In this document: piece by piece, positions 36,612 through 57,160 of the stretch | Position numbering within the stretch: position 1 is the stretch's first letter | How the letters are laid out: each line of letters opens with the position of its first letter | DNA from: Azolla caroliniana | Lineage: Eukaryota > Plantae > Polypodiophyta | Length of the DNA stretch: 64,000 nt | Direction: 5' to 3' | NCBI GenBank assembly: GCA_043228905.1 | Contig: JBHGNT010000009.1 | Coordinates: forward strand, 18,538,001-18,602,000 | The notes under the pieces: generated by a model | What the model saw: the letters and a program-made list of their open reading frames with translations, nothing else | Told to the model about the DNA's origin: nothing | The model's database searches: none | Translations under genes and position numbers: made by a program

Positions 36612-39600
36612 GTAAATGGAGACTGTAGATGATCTTGTGTAGCGGAAGGAACTGTGTGTGTGTGTAAGACAAACAGAGAGAGAGAGAGACAGACAGACAG
36701 AGACAGAGAGACAGAGAACAAGAAGTTATATTAGTCAAGAGATAAAATTACATGCAACATCATCGAAGTTACATGCTCACATAGAGGGAGTTGTCTGATT
36801 TTGACATTCGGAAGCCAATTTGGTGAAGATATTGGGTGATCTTTGAATGCCAAGCATGCGGTGCTTGCTTGCGTCCATATAACGACTTCTTGAGTCGGAA
36901 AACTAATGTTAACTGTTTGGTCGATTCAAACCCAGGTGAATCATGAAGACCTCCTCTTCTAATTCGCCTTGAAGAAAGGCGTTCTTCACGTCCATTTGAT
37001 GGAGGTGCCACCCTTTAGCAGCTGCGAGAGTAATGATTGTTCGAATAGTCATCATCTTTGCCACTAGGGCAAAGGTCTCCTCGTAGTCAACTCTGTGTAT
37101 TTGAGTGTATCCCTTAGCTACGAGTCTTGCCTTGTAACGGTTCACTGAGTTGTCAACATTATATTTCACTTTATATATCCATGTGCAACTGATCTCTTTT
37201 TTATGTCGTGTGTGGGGAACAAGATCCCATGTCTCGTTCTTACGTACAGCCTGCATCTCTTCGTTCATGGTTTCGACCCATCAGGGATCCTTGGCTGCCT
37301 CAGAAAAATTTTCCGGTTCTTGGACTGTTGCCACCTTCATCATAAAGGCATAGTGATATGCTATATAGTCATCATAGCAATTCTTGCGTTTGGCCACTCC
37401 ATTTTGTTGAGGTGTGTCGGCATGAGAAATCTCATCGAATTCCTTCATTTTGAGAGATAAGTTGTGAATTCGTCCGAGAAGTACTCCTTACCCTCATCCG
37501 ATCGAAGGCATCAGACGTGCCGACTTGTGGCTTTTTCGACTTCATTCTTAAATTTTTGCAAGTGTCTAAACACTTTACTCTTCTGCCTCATAAGGTAGAT
37601 CCAAGTGTGCTTAAAGAATTCGTCGATGAACGTGACATAATATCGACAACTGCTGAATGTGGTTGTGTGAGCCAGTCCCCAAATGTCGTAGTGGACTACT
37701 TCAAGACTCCTTTCCTTACATTCCTCTCTGTCAGGAATGGATGTCGTTGTTGTTAGCCAAATTAGCACACTTCACATATACTCGTGCTCTCTCTTTTTTA
37801 TAAAATTTGGGAGCCCGATGATGACTCTTGTCGCTTGCATGTTCTGGAGCTTCTAGAGGTTAATGTGGCCATTTCTTTTGTGCCACAATTTCAAGTTGGT
37901 GTCGACTTTGAGGCCTTTCGCAAACATGGCCGACTTCATCCCATTCGACCCGAGGATGAACATTCAACCTTCTCGTCGACCGTGAACTACGAGCTGATCG
38001 TCTTTTTCAATGAAGCACCCTTCATTGTTGAACCGAACTTGCATGCCTTGTTCTACTATCTGGCCGATTGAGACCAGATTTTTTGTGATGGTCGGGACAT
38101 GCAAAACGTTCTTGAGGTAGGGTTGTTTGTTGTTGTTCCCGAATGGGACATTTCCGACATGCCGAATGGGGTGAGTTGTGTCATCCCCAATTTCGACATA
38201 GTCAGGTCGATCGGGCTTTCTCAACTCTCTGAAGGGTGAAAGCATGTGAATGGAAACACTATTATAGCTAACATGTAGCTAAAATGACCACAACTAAGTA
38301 GTTTTTTTTATAGCTAATTTTTAGTGGGAAAATCTTAAAGATACATGTCATTTATTATGGGGATAGAAATATTACCATTTATGGTTCACACTTTAGCTTG
38401 TCTTTATTTGAGATCACATTCTAATAATCCCTAAAATTGCCAAAATATGCCAATTACATGTACTAGCTTTTTGCATAAATTAGTTATGTGAAGGTCACAT
38501 CTAATTGTTCCCATTCCCATGCTTTCACCTAGAACCAATCTTCGTGAGACGTCTTATGATTGGATGCATCAAAGTCAACAAACCATACATTGTCTAAAGA
38601 AGAGGTGTTGATCGGACCCTATACTGACTGACATCGAGTGTGCTTTATGCCTCATTACGAACATTCCACCATGGTTGTCATAGTCGGAATTCAAGGCATA
38701 GTTAGTGAGTTGTCGGTAGGTCGGAAACCAACTCTCGTTTCTTCTTTTGGCACTCCTCTTCATAGTGGTCGAATTTTCCATAGTACCTGCATTCAATCGA
38801 GTTGTTTTGGCGACTTGGTCCAGTAGGATGGCTCCCCCTTCTGCAAACTCCCTTTGTGTGTTCCTAGTCTGATGGTGGGAGTCGCGCTCTTGGGTCAGCC
38901 GATCATGTCGGCCTCGTCGTAGTCGGCCTCCTCCCTAGTCCAACTAGAAGTACAACATTTGACCATCTAGTCCATTGCTCCTTGATCGAACATGGTTTTC
39001 TTCAACCAACAATATCGACTACAAGTCGAAAAATGAGGAAGGATTCTCCCTTGCAAGAATGGCCGATCTGATCGTGCCGAATCAAGGTGTTGAAGCATAT
39101 TTGCACCATTTCATTATCATGAATGATGACATTGATCGATCCAAGGACGTCGCACAACTCCTTGATTTATAAGGTGTAGCTAGTGACTGACATGTCCCTT
39201 TGTGTATATTATTCAACTCCTGACGGAGTTGAAGTTTTTGTGCAGCCGTGTTGGCTACGAATATCATCTTGAGGTTGCCCCAAGCTTCTTTTGGCATTTT
39301 TGCCTCTCGAATATAGCCGAGCATGTGGTCATGGACGCATGATGCTAGGCCACATCACACGACTAGCCGCTTGCTCCCATGTTGTGTGGGGTTGGGTTGG
39401 GTTTCTTGAGCTCCTTCAATATAGCTCCAATATCCTTGACCAACAAGGTATTGGTGTATCTTGTATTCCCAAGATGCAAAGTTCATCCTATCTAGCTTCT
39501 CAATAGGAAGAGCGCTTCCCATATGAGCATTCATGGTGGTGTTTTTCTTCCCTGGTGTTGAGTCGCTTCTGTTTCTGTTGTCAGCATGAGACACAACACA

Positions 39601-39703
39601 ATCGAATAAACTTGATAAGACAACCATGTGCTCTAATACCATGTAAAGAAATGGAGACTGTAGATGATCTTGTGCAGCGGAAGGAACTGTGTGTGTGTAA
39701 GAC

Positions 39704-39744
<41 letters not shown>

Positions 39745-39853
39745 TTAGAGAGATAGAGAACAAGAAGCTATATTAGTCACGAGATAAAATTACATCCAAC
39801 ATCATCTAAGTTACAAAAAGGTTGGTTTAAATACCAACTAACCTAAGGCAACA
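36612..39853 (-). mobile_element. Internally deleted Ty1/Copia element with 5' LTR (39853-39642), PBS, gag-protease-integrase-RT remnants and a partial 3' LTR (36772-36612)
   Basis: The 5' LTR runs TGTTG...TACA and is followed by the PBS TGGTATTAGAGC (39641-39630, Met-i type). Gag IEKLDRMNFASWEYK, protease region LKNVLHVPTITKNLVSIGQ, integrase YYVTFIDEF and RT YKARLVAKGY/HQMDVKNAFLQG. The 3' LTR copy matches the 5' LTR. Confidence 0.93.
38234..38531. mobile_element. MITE (~298 bp) nested in the Copia protease region
   Basis: ~25-bp TIRs GGGTGAAAGCATGTGAATGGAAACA and TGTTCCCATTCCCATGCTTTCACCT, flanked by a short GA/GAA duplication. Removing it restores the Copia frame DWFRELRKPDR. Confidence 0.85.
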
Positions 39854-40367
39854 ACCCTTTCTACTATTTACAAAACCAGCATGTTGTGTCCACTACTAGT
39901 GTGAAAGCCATTACATTTGGGAAGTTGGGTTTGATTCTCAACATGTGCATGTACATATATGTACATATACATATACATTATCACATACACGTACACATAC
40001 ACATACACGTACACATACACATACACATACACATACATATTGATCGATCGATAGATGCATGCACATAGAGACAAAAATACACACAAGAGTAATTGGGACG
40101 AGGGCATCGATTGATATTAGAGATAAGATTGTAATAAAATAGCTAGAGGGGTATGTTCTGTAATTAAGAAAAGCTTGTTCTAACAAGCAGGCTCCTCCAT
40201 CTCTGTCAGTGACGAATGCAGACGACGGGGATGGCCTCGCATTCTCTGCAAATGCTCCCACTTTTGCTTTGATCCTCTCCGCCTCTTCTGCATCTCTCTC
40301 TGAATCTGTACGAATGTATCGAAAATTTGCTGCACATATATACGGAGAGAAAGAAAGGACTGAAGAG

Positions 40368-42716
40368 ATGAGACGGCTGGAAACAGAGAGTGGGTGGAAA
40401 CAGAGATATCTGTTGAGAGCTGTGTGGGCTTCCGCTCTTCTTCTTCGCATAGTTTCCGTTCTTCTTGGTGCACCTTCATTGATCGGTCATCGTGTAGAGA
40501 TTGCAACACCTACGACTAGTATCAAGAGATGTGAGTTTTCTTGCCTGTCCTCCATAGATATGGTTCCTTAGTGATATTTGGCATTTTTTTCCTTGTTTAA
40601 TGTGTATAAACATTGTATGTCTCGGCAATGTATTTTCAAACATCAATTGAGCTGTGTAAATCCTGTTTTTTAAAGGAAATACCAGTATTACAAAAAGATG
40701 TGAGTTTGTCTTAAATCTAGTTAGAATACAATTAGTACTAAGAGATGTGAATATGTCATTTCCTTGGAGAGGGTTGTGTTTTTTTTTGTGATTCTATCCA
40801 CTTCTACAACTAGTACTAAGAAATTTGAGTTTTATTTTTCCCTTTCGATAAGAGATTATTTTCATGATATATAAGATCCAGATTTCTAAGGATAATGTTT
40901 AGGAATTATGAATGATGTTGTTTTTCTCTTATTTGGAAGTATTTGTAAATACGAAATCATATTGTTTTGACTAGGCTCTACTGAATTGTACATATTCCAT
41001 ATATTAACTTCTTCTTTAGTGGCAATTACTAGTGATTTATTATTCTGGCTATTTGGACATTAGTATAGAGATAATCTCTCGTAAAATGAAAGCATTCATA
41101 TGGCGTGTGTTTTCTGATGCAGTAGCAGAAGGGTATTGGCTGAAGCAGGCTGGGAACTCTCCTTATGCAGGTAATGTTTCCAAACATTGAATACATATAT
41201 GTATATGTGTGTGTGTGTGCGTGTGCTCACTACTTTAAGTTAAAGTATACAAATTGTTTATGGGTGAATGAAGAAAAGTCTTGGGAGGAGAATACTGTAG
41301 TAGGAATTATTTTTTAGGCGCTTGATTCTGAAGCAAATTAATGTATTTTTAGCTTGATTTTTGTGCAGGGTCTGTTTATCACGCATCACCATTATTACTT
41401 TCTATGCTTGGTCCATTCACAGCAGATGGGTGAGCCGAAACCCTTTTTTGTAAAGGAAAATAAAGATTTCATTGATTCTATATTGTTCTCTTTGAACCTA
41501 TTCAAATAAATTATCAAGAATATTTTTATTGAATGGCTGGTTGTGTGATCTCTTTTATGATGCAGTGGAGGAAAGTCATTCATTTTAAGGTATTTAAAAC
41601 TCCTTTGCTTACTGAGAGAATTCTTCATTACTTCCTTTCATGTTTGCTTACAGCATTAGTGGACCACAGTTTTATTTTTGTATGTGCAGATTGTGCTGTG
41701 GCTTTCCTCTTAGTTAGAATCGGAAAGTATATGCAGTGTGCCCAGTCAAATCAATTCTTATCATTGTGTTTGACTCAGTCTGGGTTAATCTTTACAGGTA
41801 TCCTAGACTGGTAATTCTTTATCAGCTCTGTGAAAATGTTTCCTTTCTTATTGAACATAAATGTTATCTTATCTCTACCTCAGTGAGGTTAGACATTGAA
41901 TGATGACTCCAGAGGGTTTTAATTACACAGAGCCACCGAGTAAAACATGAAAATACCTGACTTTCTGAATATTTCCCAAGATTTTTAAAAATTACTAGAG
42001 TATCCCTATATAGTAGTAAAAGTTTATTGCAAACAAATACTCTGGTATTTTTTGAAAAGCTAGCACTTATTTCTGGTTAATAATGATTATGTTAAGGGTA
42101 TTTTGGTGGTTTTTCCCTGTCTGAAAGGCCTCAAATAAGCTTAACTGATATCTTAGAATGTCAGTTCCTCATTATGAACTTGTGAGTATAGTAAATAAGG
42201 GAATTGATTTAGTTACAATGTATGTAATGGAAAGGATGAATAGGTAGTGCCACTGAGTTTTGACAATCAGAGAATGGATGGCTCTTTGTCTGAATACCTT
42301 CATCTGTCTGAAAAGACTGAACATGAGTTTATTTCTTTTACAGATACAACAAATATTTCTATAGGGGATATAGCAGCAATAGTATATCTGTGGAACCCAT
42401 TCACTATAGTGAGTTGTGTTGGAGGGTGTACTTCCCCTATTGAGAATGCCATGGTAATTCTGTCGTTGTATGGAGCTGTAGCAGGTGGGGATTCCACATT
42501 TCTTCCTTTCATACCTGATACCAAGGCATATGGCAAGAGTCAATTCCTATGTAAATATTTGTTGCAGGAAATGTTCCGCTTGCGACGTTTGGATGGGTTG
42601 CAGCCACACATTTTTCTCTTTATCCTGCAATCTTAATCATTCCTGTAATTATGCGTTTCATTTTTTCTTTATTGAAAGTAATTTGATTGTGGAATATTGT
42701 ATAGATGGCTACTTGT

Positions 42717-42778
<62 letters not shown>

Positions 42779-44331
42779 ATATGCATTTGTTTCATGGTCA
42801 TTTACAGGTAGCATTGACAATGGCTGTTGGAATTGATCACCCACCAAACAAGTTGTTCATAGGGGCTATTCCAAAATCTGAGACATCTGAAACTGATTCA
42901 AGTGGAACTCACACAGATAAAGAAAGCTCTTTGAAAGATTTTAGTTACAATTTGAAAGTCAACATTCTTCAAGATGTGATAATCTGGTCCGTCCTGTGGT
43001 GGGGATGCGTTCTTTTGCTGTGCATTATTTCACTTGGAAGAGCTGATGAAGTTTGGAAGATGTTATCCGAGTATGAGGGACATAACATCTCACCTTTATA
43101 ATGTCTTTTGTCATATACTGGTGATTTCTTAACTAGAAGCAAAACAATAGAGCTAATATATTAACTATATATTTTCATTTTGACATTGTAGGACTTATGG
43201 TTTCATCTTGAATGTAGATGACCTTTCACCCAACCTCGGCATTTTCTGGTGGGGTTTTGTGTGCGATATAAAAATATCAAACTAATTATACAGAAGTGCA
43301 CAATTTGCAGCAGTATTCATGTTTCAGAGTTCTGATTCATATGAAACCTCTTCCGTTTGCAGGTATTTTTTTACAGAGGTCTTTGACTTTTTTAGGACAT
43401 TCTTTCTCTTGGTTTTCCATGCCAATGTACTGTTCATGATCATGCCTCTTACTATTCGGCTCCATCATAGACCATTGTTTCTCGCCTTTACTTTCTGCTG
43501 TATCACTGCCATGTTGAAGTCTTATCCTTCTGTAAGTAAGAGGATTCTATTTTGGATATTTTGTGTTTTTTATACAACTCTTCATGCATAATCTGAATGA
43601 CAGATTCCTCTACTTGTGACAGGTTGGTGATGCTGCTTTGTATTTTGGATTGGCTCCACTCTTTATAAATGAACTTGCAGGTAGTAATACATATACAAAG
43701 TGAAGTTTGGCATGATAATATACACATAATACATACACATTATATATAGATATTCTTATTGGATCTTTGTTCACTAAAGATAACATGTATTTATGTTATT
43801 CCTCGATTATACTTTTTACAGAGATGCGCTTCATGTTCTTTCTATTATATGGATATTTTGGGATAGCACTTCTAAGTCCTGTTATGTTCAACCTGTGGAT
43901 ATGGAGGGTATTTATTTTAACAGTCAATGCATAAATGTTGTTTTTATCCTTTTCCATTTTTAATTTATTTCTCATCTTCGTGATTTTTGAGAAACATAAT
44001 AAATGTTGGCAGAGTTTTGAAAATATGAATACAAAGTTCAACTTTGTTTTCTTCTTTATCATGAAAATCATCAACCTAACCATATTAATGTATGATTTAC
44101 AGGGAACAGGGAATGCGAACTTCTATTTCGCCATGGCTCTTTCTTATGCATGCATCCAGGTACACAATTAATACTTGTTATAATCAGCATTCTTTTTTTT
44201 TAAACCATTTCTTTAAACACAGAAAACATTTCTTTTTATTGCAGTTAATTATGGTCGTAGAAAGTGTGAGCACAGTATTGTTATTCGACCGAAAGATAGG
44301 GAAACTCAGAGGTTTTCATGTAAAGAAGTAA
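40368..44331 (+). CDS. PIGU: GPI transamidase subunit PIG-U/Gab1. Exons approx. 40368-40530, 41123-41170, 41369-41429, 41566-41589, 41670-41797, 42344-42484, 42568-42644, 42808-43070, 43192-43248, 43363-43531, 43623-43680, 43822-43907, 44103-44159, 44245-44331
   Basis: RVEIATPTTSIKRLAEGYWLKQ..SPYAGSVYH, YLWNPFTIVSCVG, DLSPNLGIFWYFFTEVFDFFR, LKSYPSVGDA and WIWRGTGNANFYFA. An alternative in-frame ATG lies at 40314. Confidence 0.95.
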
Positions 44332-46049
44332 ACAAATAGTAGAAAAAACTGCTTTTTAGCATCATGTAAAAGAAGAGAAGGATTCTTGAGGAAATAAGCT
44401 CAAAAGCCCAAATTATCTTTTAAGATCTTTTATTTGGACGATACGTAGGTATGCCGGCTTTGGAGTATTAAACAACTGAGTTTTGTACTGCTTAGTTACT
44501 GAGAAAAAATGTTCTTAGGTGATTATATACAACAAACAAAATTCATCATCAAAGTTATTGATAAATTCACTATACAAAGCAAATATCAAGAGCTTGTAGT
44601 GTACACTATCAACCTTCATGATGGATTGTGGCATTGATAGCTAACACTTTCAGAAGGCTTCTTGTATAGGTGTAAATTGATATTTTATGTTCATCAAGAC
44701 ATTTGATTTCTTCCTGTAAGAAATCTTTTTACCTCTACTTAATAGTTTTTGTAATGCTTTCAAAATATAAAGGGGATTTTTTGACATTGCTAAACTATTA
44801 GTGACACAATAAATACTCACTTTTTATTACTACCATGTGATTGGCGAAGAGGTTTAATGAATGTTATGCATGCAAGTTCCTAAGATTATATATAAATGTT
44901 GGGAAGCATTTGTTATGACTCTCATAAGCTAAGATTATGTAAAGGTTGAGAAGCATTTGTTATGACCCTCATAAGAGATCTTGCTTCTAAACAAACCCAC
45001 AGTTCAATTCATAAAGTGTCTTGCTATGCTGCATATTTGATGGATGTTGTAGAATTTACAACGAAATAAAAATGCCAACAATGTTGTTATCTGTAGATTA
45101 TGTTTGCATATGTTGGAAGCCCAACTGTGTCATATATTTGCTACATGTGGAGTCGTGGTTAAGCCAACATCACAACATTTTGGCACTAACATGGCCACCC
45201 ATTGTTACGTAAACAAACATAGCTCAACCACTATGGTCAAGTTTGTCTTCTCCTCGATCTTGATCTCAATCTTGGCTCCGACCTCTTGCTTCATGGGTCC
45301 CTTAGTTTTTTGCTTGATCTCGATCTCTCGTTTGTCTTCAAATTTCCTTCTTGTTCAGCCTCTTTGATCAAGCCTTCCTCAATCTCACTTTTGATCTTGG
45401 TCTCGCTCTCAAGTTCCACTTCCCTTTGGGCCATTTGCTCCATAATTGGTTCGTCCACTGTGTTGAGCCAATCCCGATTAGAGTCACCTTGACATGCTCT
45501 TGAGTGGTTGACCCCACTTCCTCTTGTTCTAACATGTTATTTGAACAATTTCCTCAAATGCTTCATTTTCTCTTGACATCCTTGAATGTGATCATGGTGA
45601 TGGTAATGTAAACCCCAAAGGAATTGGGGAGTCATCTATTTGTAAATTCACATTGTTAAGTTTTCTAGCAATACGAGATGTCCTTAGTTGCACTATGTTA
45701 TATTTTTTAATCTAGGCTCAACTATTGTATATTTTACACCAATGCCTAAATGATTATGGTATTATAAGCCCTTACGGGTTGCTAATTCATAGAAAGGTAA
45801 GACCTCTGATTCTAAAAGGGTCTTTGGTGCTTCCTTGCAGCTACCTTATGGTTCTCATTCTCTTTCCCTTGCCTCCACTATGAGTCACTTCCCTCCATAT
45901 ACCTTTTCCACTCTAATTAATTGCCATGTTTTTTATCTAGTAATCCATTTCATTGAAACATCTACATCTTGTAATTAGTGCACCAATTAGGTATGTATTA
46001 AGCTTAATCAATCTTAAGAAGCCCTCTAGGCTTCCATGATTGCATGGAA

Positions 46050-48050
46050 TAATAGTTGAAGGTCTTTGCTCTTGGGAAATGACACTTCCAACACCATTAT
46101 TCGCTCATTGTGACTTAGTAGTCATCCTTGAAAGTGAAAAACAACATTCCAAGGTAAGAATATAGGCACACAATCATTGTAGGAACAATCAAGGAAAAGT
46201 ATTGGCATGTAGGATTGTTTTTTTTAACTCTTCATTTCATGATGGATTATAGATATATTGTGTTTTTACCAATAGAGGACTTCAAGGGTTTGGCATTTGT
46301 CCACAAAGTGACCACTCAAGCGAGAAATAAAATGACAAATTTTCCACAAAATAGTATGGGTAGAGCCAAAATTCAGAAACACTACTAATTTTTCTGATTC
46401 TTGCAACACGTCGACAATTTTAAGAGATATTGAACTCAAAAGTGTGAATGGTTACAACAATTTTCAAGACGATTCAAAGAAGTTCCAAATTTGGATAATG
46501 CATATCCCATTGGTTTCATGCACACTAAAATGTACATTAAAAACCCCCAACATTCATTGTTGTACTATTTGAATAGCCTTTTTAAACTAGTGCACTTGTC
46601 TATATAGATCCACCATAAAAGGAGTTTTTAAACCCCTTTTATTAAACCTGACATGATATGGTTACCTATGAGTTACAACAGCTAACTCATGGTCAAATGT
46701 GGTAACAAGTAAATCGCTTTTACGGTAGAGAAGTTGCAATCTATGGATTGTGTCCCGTAAAGTCAGTTGATTGCTTTTAAATTAAATGTCCCTACAAAAA
46801 TATTACTGCTCTTACTTTTTTGTCTTCATAAAGAGCTTACTTTTCAAATAGTATACTTGATAGCAAAGCCTACTTTTGTGATTTTATTTGATGCTTTATA
46901 AATACTTCTCATGAATCTTCTCATGTTATGGATATAGAGAGTGCATATTATTAATTAATTTAAACCTTCTGAATCAATTTGAATTGTTACATAGAATTTT
47001 ATTTGTTGCGTCAACATTAATCACTACTCCTAGTCGTTGTGACTTAGTGTGTGTATCATGTTTGGCATATTGTCTTGATATGATATATTTTCAGATGTTC
47101 ATTGTGCTCATGATAGCCAAAAAGGTCAATGATAAATTGAAGAATCCATCTATTACTGATAGTAAACTTCATTGTGTTACAACCATTAAATGGAAGGAGT
47201 TAACATAGAAAGGGACTACCACTTGGTTTAGCAATTGTCATTAGTAACTACAACAATGTGCACATTTCAAAATACTCATAGCCTCTTGGAGCTTTAATAT
47301 GGTGTCAAAATAGAATAATTGCTTCAATTGTTGTCCCATTTGCAAGTTCTTAATAATATTCACTAGAATGTTAAATTTTCTCTCTATGCTTTATTCCCGC
47401 ATCCATGGGTTGATGAAGAATATCCATGGGTTAATTCGACATTAATACTCTAGTGGACGTGCGCTTTTGAACGGGCTCATCATTTGGATTCTCGAAGAGC
47501 AAATGTTAACGTAACTAAAAAAGCCATAAGCATTCAAATGAAAAGTTGGCATATACAAACACAATTCTTCAATAAAAGGAAAGTTTTCTTGAAAACAAGG
47601 AGACATCTTGAACCATCCTTAGCCTTTAGTCAACATAAAGTGAACATCTCTTCCAAGACTGCCATACAGTCATTCCATAAGTGTTCTCCTGTATTATTGT
47701 CTAGCATCAATGGCAAGGAAATGCACCATGCTAATGCACTCTTTTCTCATAATTGGAGGACACTGGAATATTCCATTGTCAATGATATATCATTTGTTTT
47801 TATCCAATCTAATAAATGTGCTCATGCAAAAAATAAGGTTGTAGCCATTGTCACATATGCCTTCTGCAAGGCTTCACCAACATCAATCGCACTATGGTTA
47901 TCACACTATCCAAAAAAGGTAATCAGTTTATATGGACATTGATTATTGTTGTGATACAACAATATGCATTTTTCCCAAATGGGCCATTTTATTCCTTTTT
48001 AGGATAATGCCGCAGCATCATAACTAATGGCCTGCCCAAAGAAAATGTCA
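46050..48050 (-). mobile_element. Possible degraded hAT-like transposase remnant
   Basis: The minus frame SALAWCISLPLMLDNNTGEHLWNDCMAVLEEMFTL (about 47750-47630) resembles the hAT HTGENI segment. Many stops; extent uncertain. Confidence 0.35.
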
Positions 48051-48589
48051 CTCTCAAGACTAAAGTTACTGCTGATATAGGAGATCCAATCTAATTTGTC
48101 CTCTTTAAGAGTTAGAAAGAGAAATTTATCTCTTCACCAATTATTGAAGCAAAATAGTATGTTCTGGATTACTGATGAAAAGAAAATTTTGTATTAATGG
48201 AAAAATAGAAATAATAAATAAAAGCCTTTGAACATAATGCTACACAAGGATGAAAACCTCGGAAAAAGGAAATAAATATGAAGGCTGTCATAGATGAAGA
48301 AGTAACCTTGGTGGGTCGTGTCGGTTTGCCAAAACCAACCCCTGTATGTGATCCTCACAAAAACGTGAGAAATCAATAATAATAAGGATAATGATAAAAC
48401 AGCTTCCCTCAGGCAAACGCAGAAAGAACATGTAATCACTCTTGTGCTGCAACAGCCTTTTTTTCTTTGTTTTACGAACAACTCAGCCTTTGAGAAGAGA
48501 TTTTTTTTTTTGGAGTATATATTACCAACCCTCCCAAAAAACAACACAACACAACACTGGCATCATTATTAGTAATTATTATGACGAAA

Positions 48590-56731
<8,142 letters not shown>

Positions 56732-57029
56732 GGCTATTTTTTTTTGTCTTTTGTTAAACAACCCTCAGAAAACGTTCTGTGTAAGCTGATGCCAAAATCA
56801 TGCCTTTCCTTCCTGCAGAAGCAGAGGAGGAGGAGGAGATTGGCAAGTCCAACAATTGACCTATGTATTCTAAGAACCAGCGATGGTGATCGATCACAAG
56901 GAGGAAGGTGGAGCAGGGCAATTGTGTATGGCCTGTTTCTGTCTGTATCTGTCCTGTGCCTCTGTCTTTTACGTGCGTGTAGAGAGGTAGGTTTTTCTGT
57001 GTCGGCTATGGCGTTGTGGCCAGGTACCC

Positions 57030-57160
57030 TTTGCTTTTTGCTTTCTGCTTTCTCTGCTTTCTGCTTTCTCTGCTTTCTGCTTTCTGCTTTCTGCTTTCTG
57101 CTTTTTGCTTTTTGCTTCCTGCTCTTTGCTTTTGCTTCATGCTTCTTTTTTTGCTTTCTT
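57030..57160. repeat. (CTGCTTT)n 7-mer tandem repeat upstream of BSK
   Basis: Direct inspection. Confidence 0.9.

Noticed and set aside
39868-40509. Minus ORFs near the PIG-U start
   Set aside because: Made of (TACACA)n microsatellite and antisense of exon 1.
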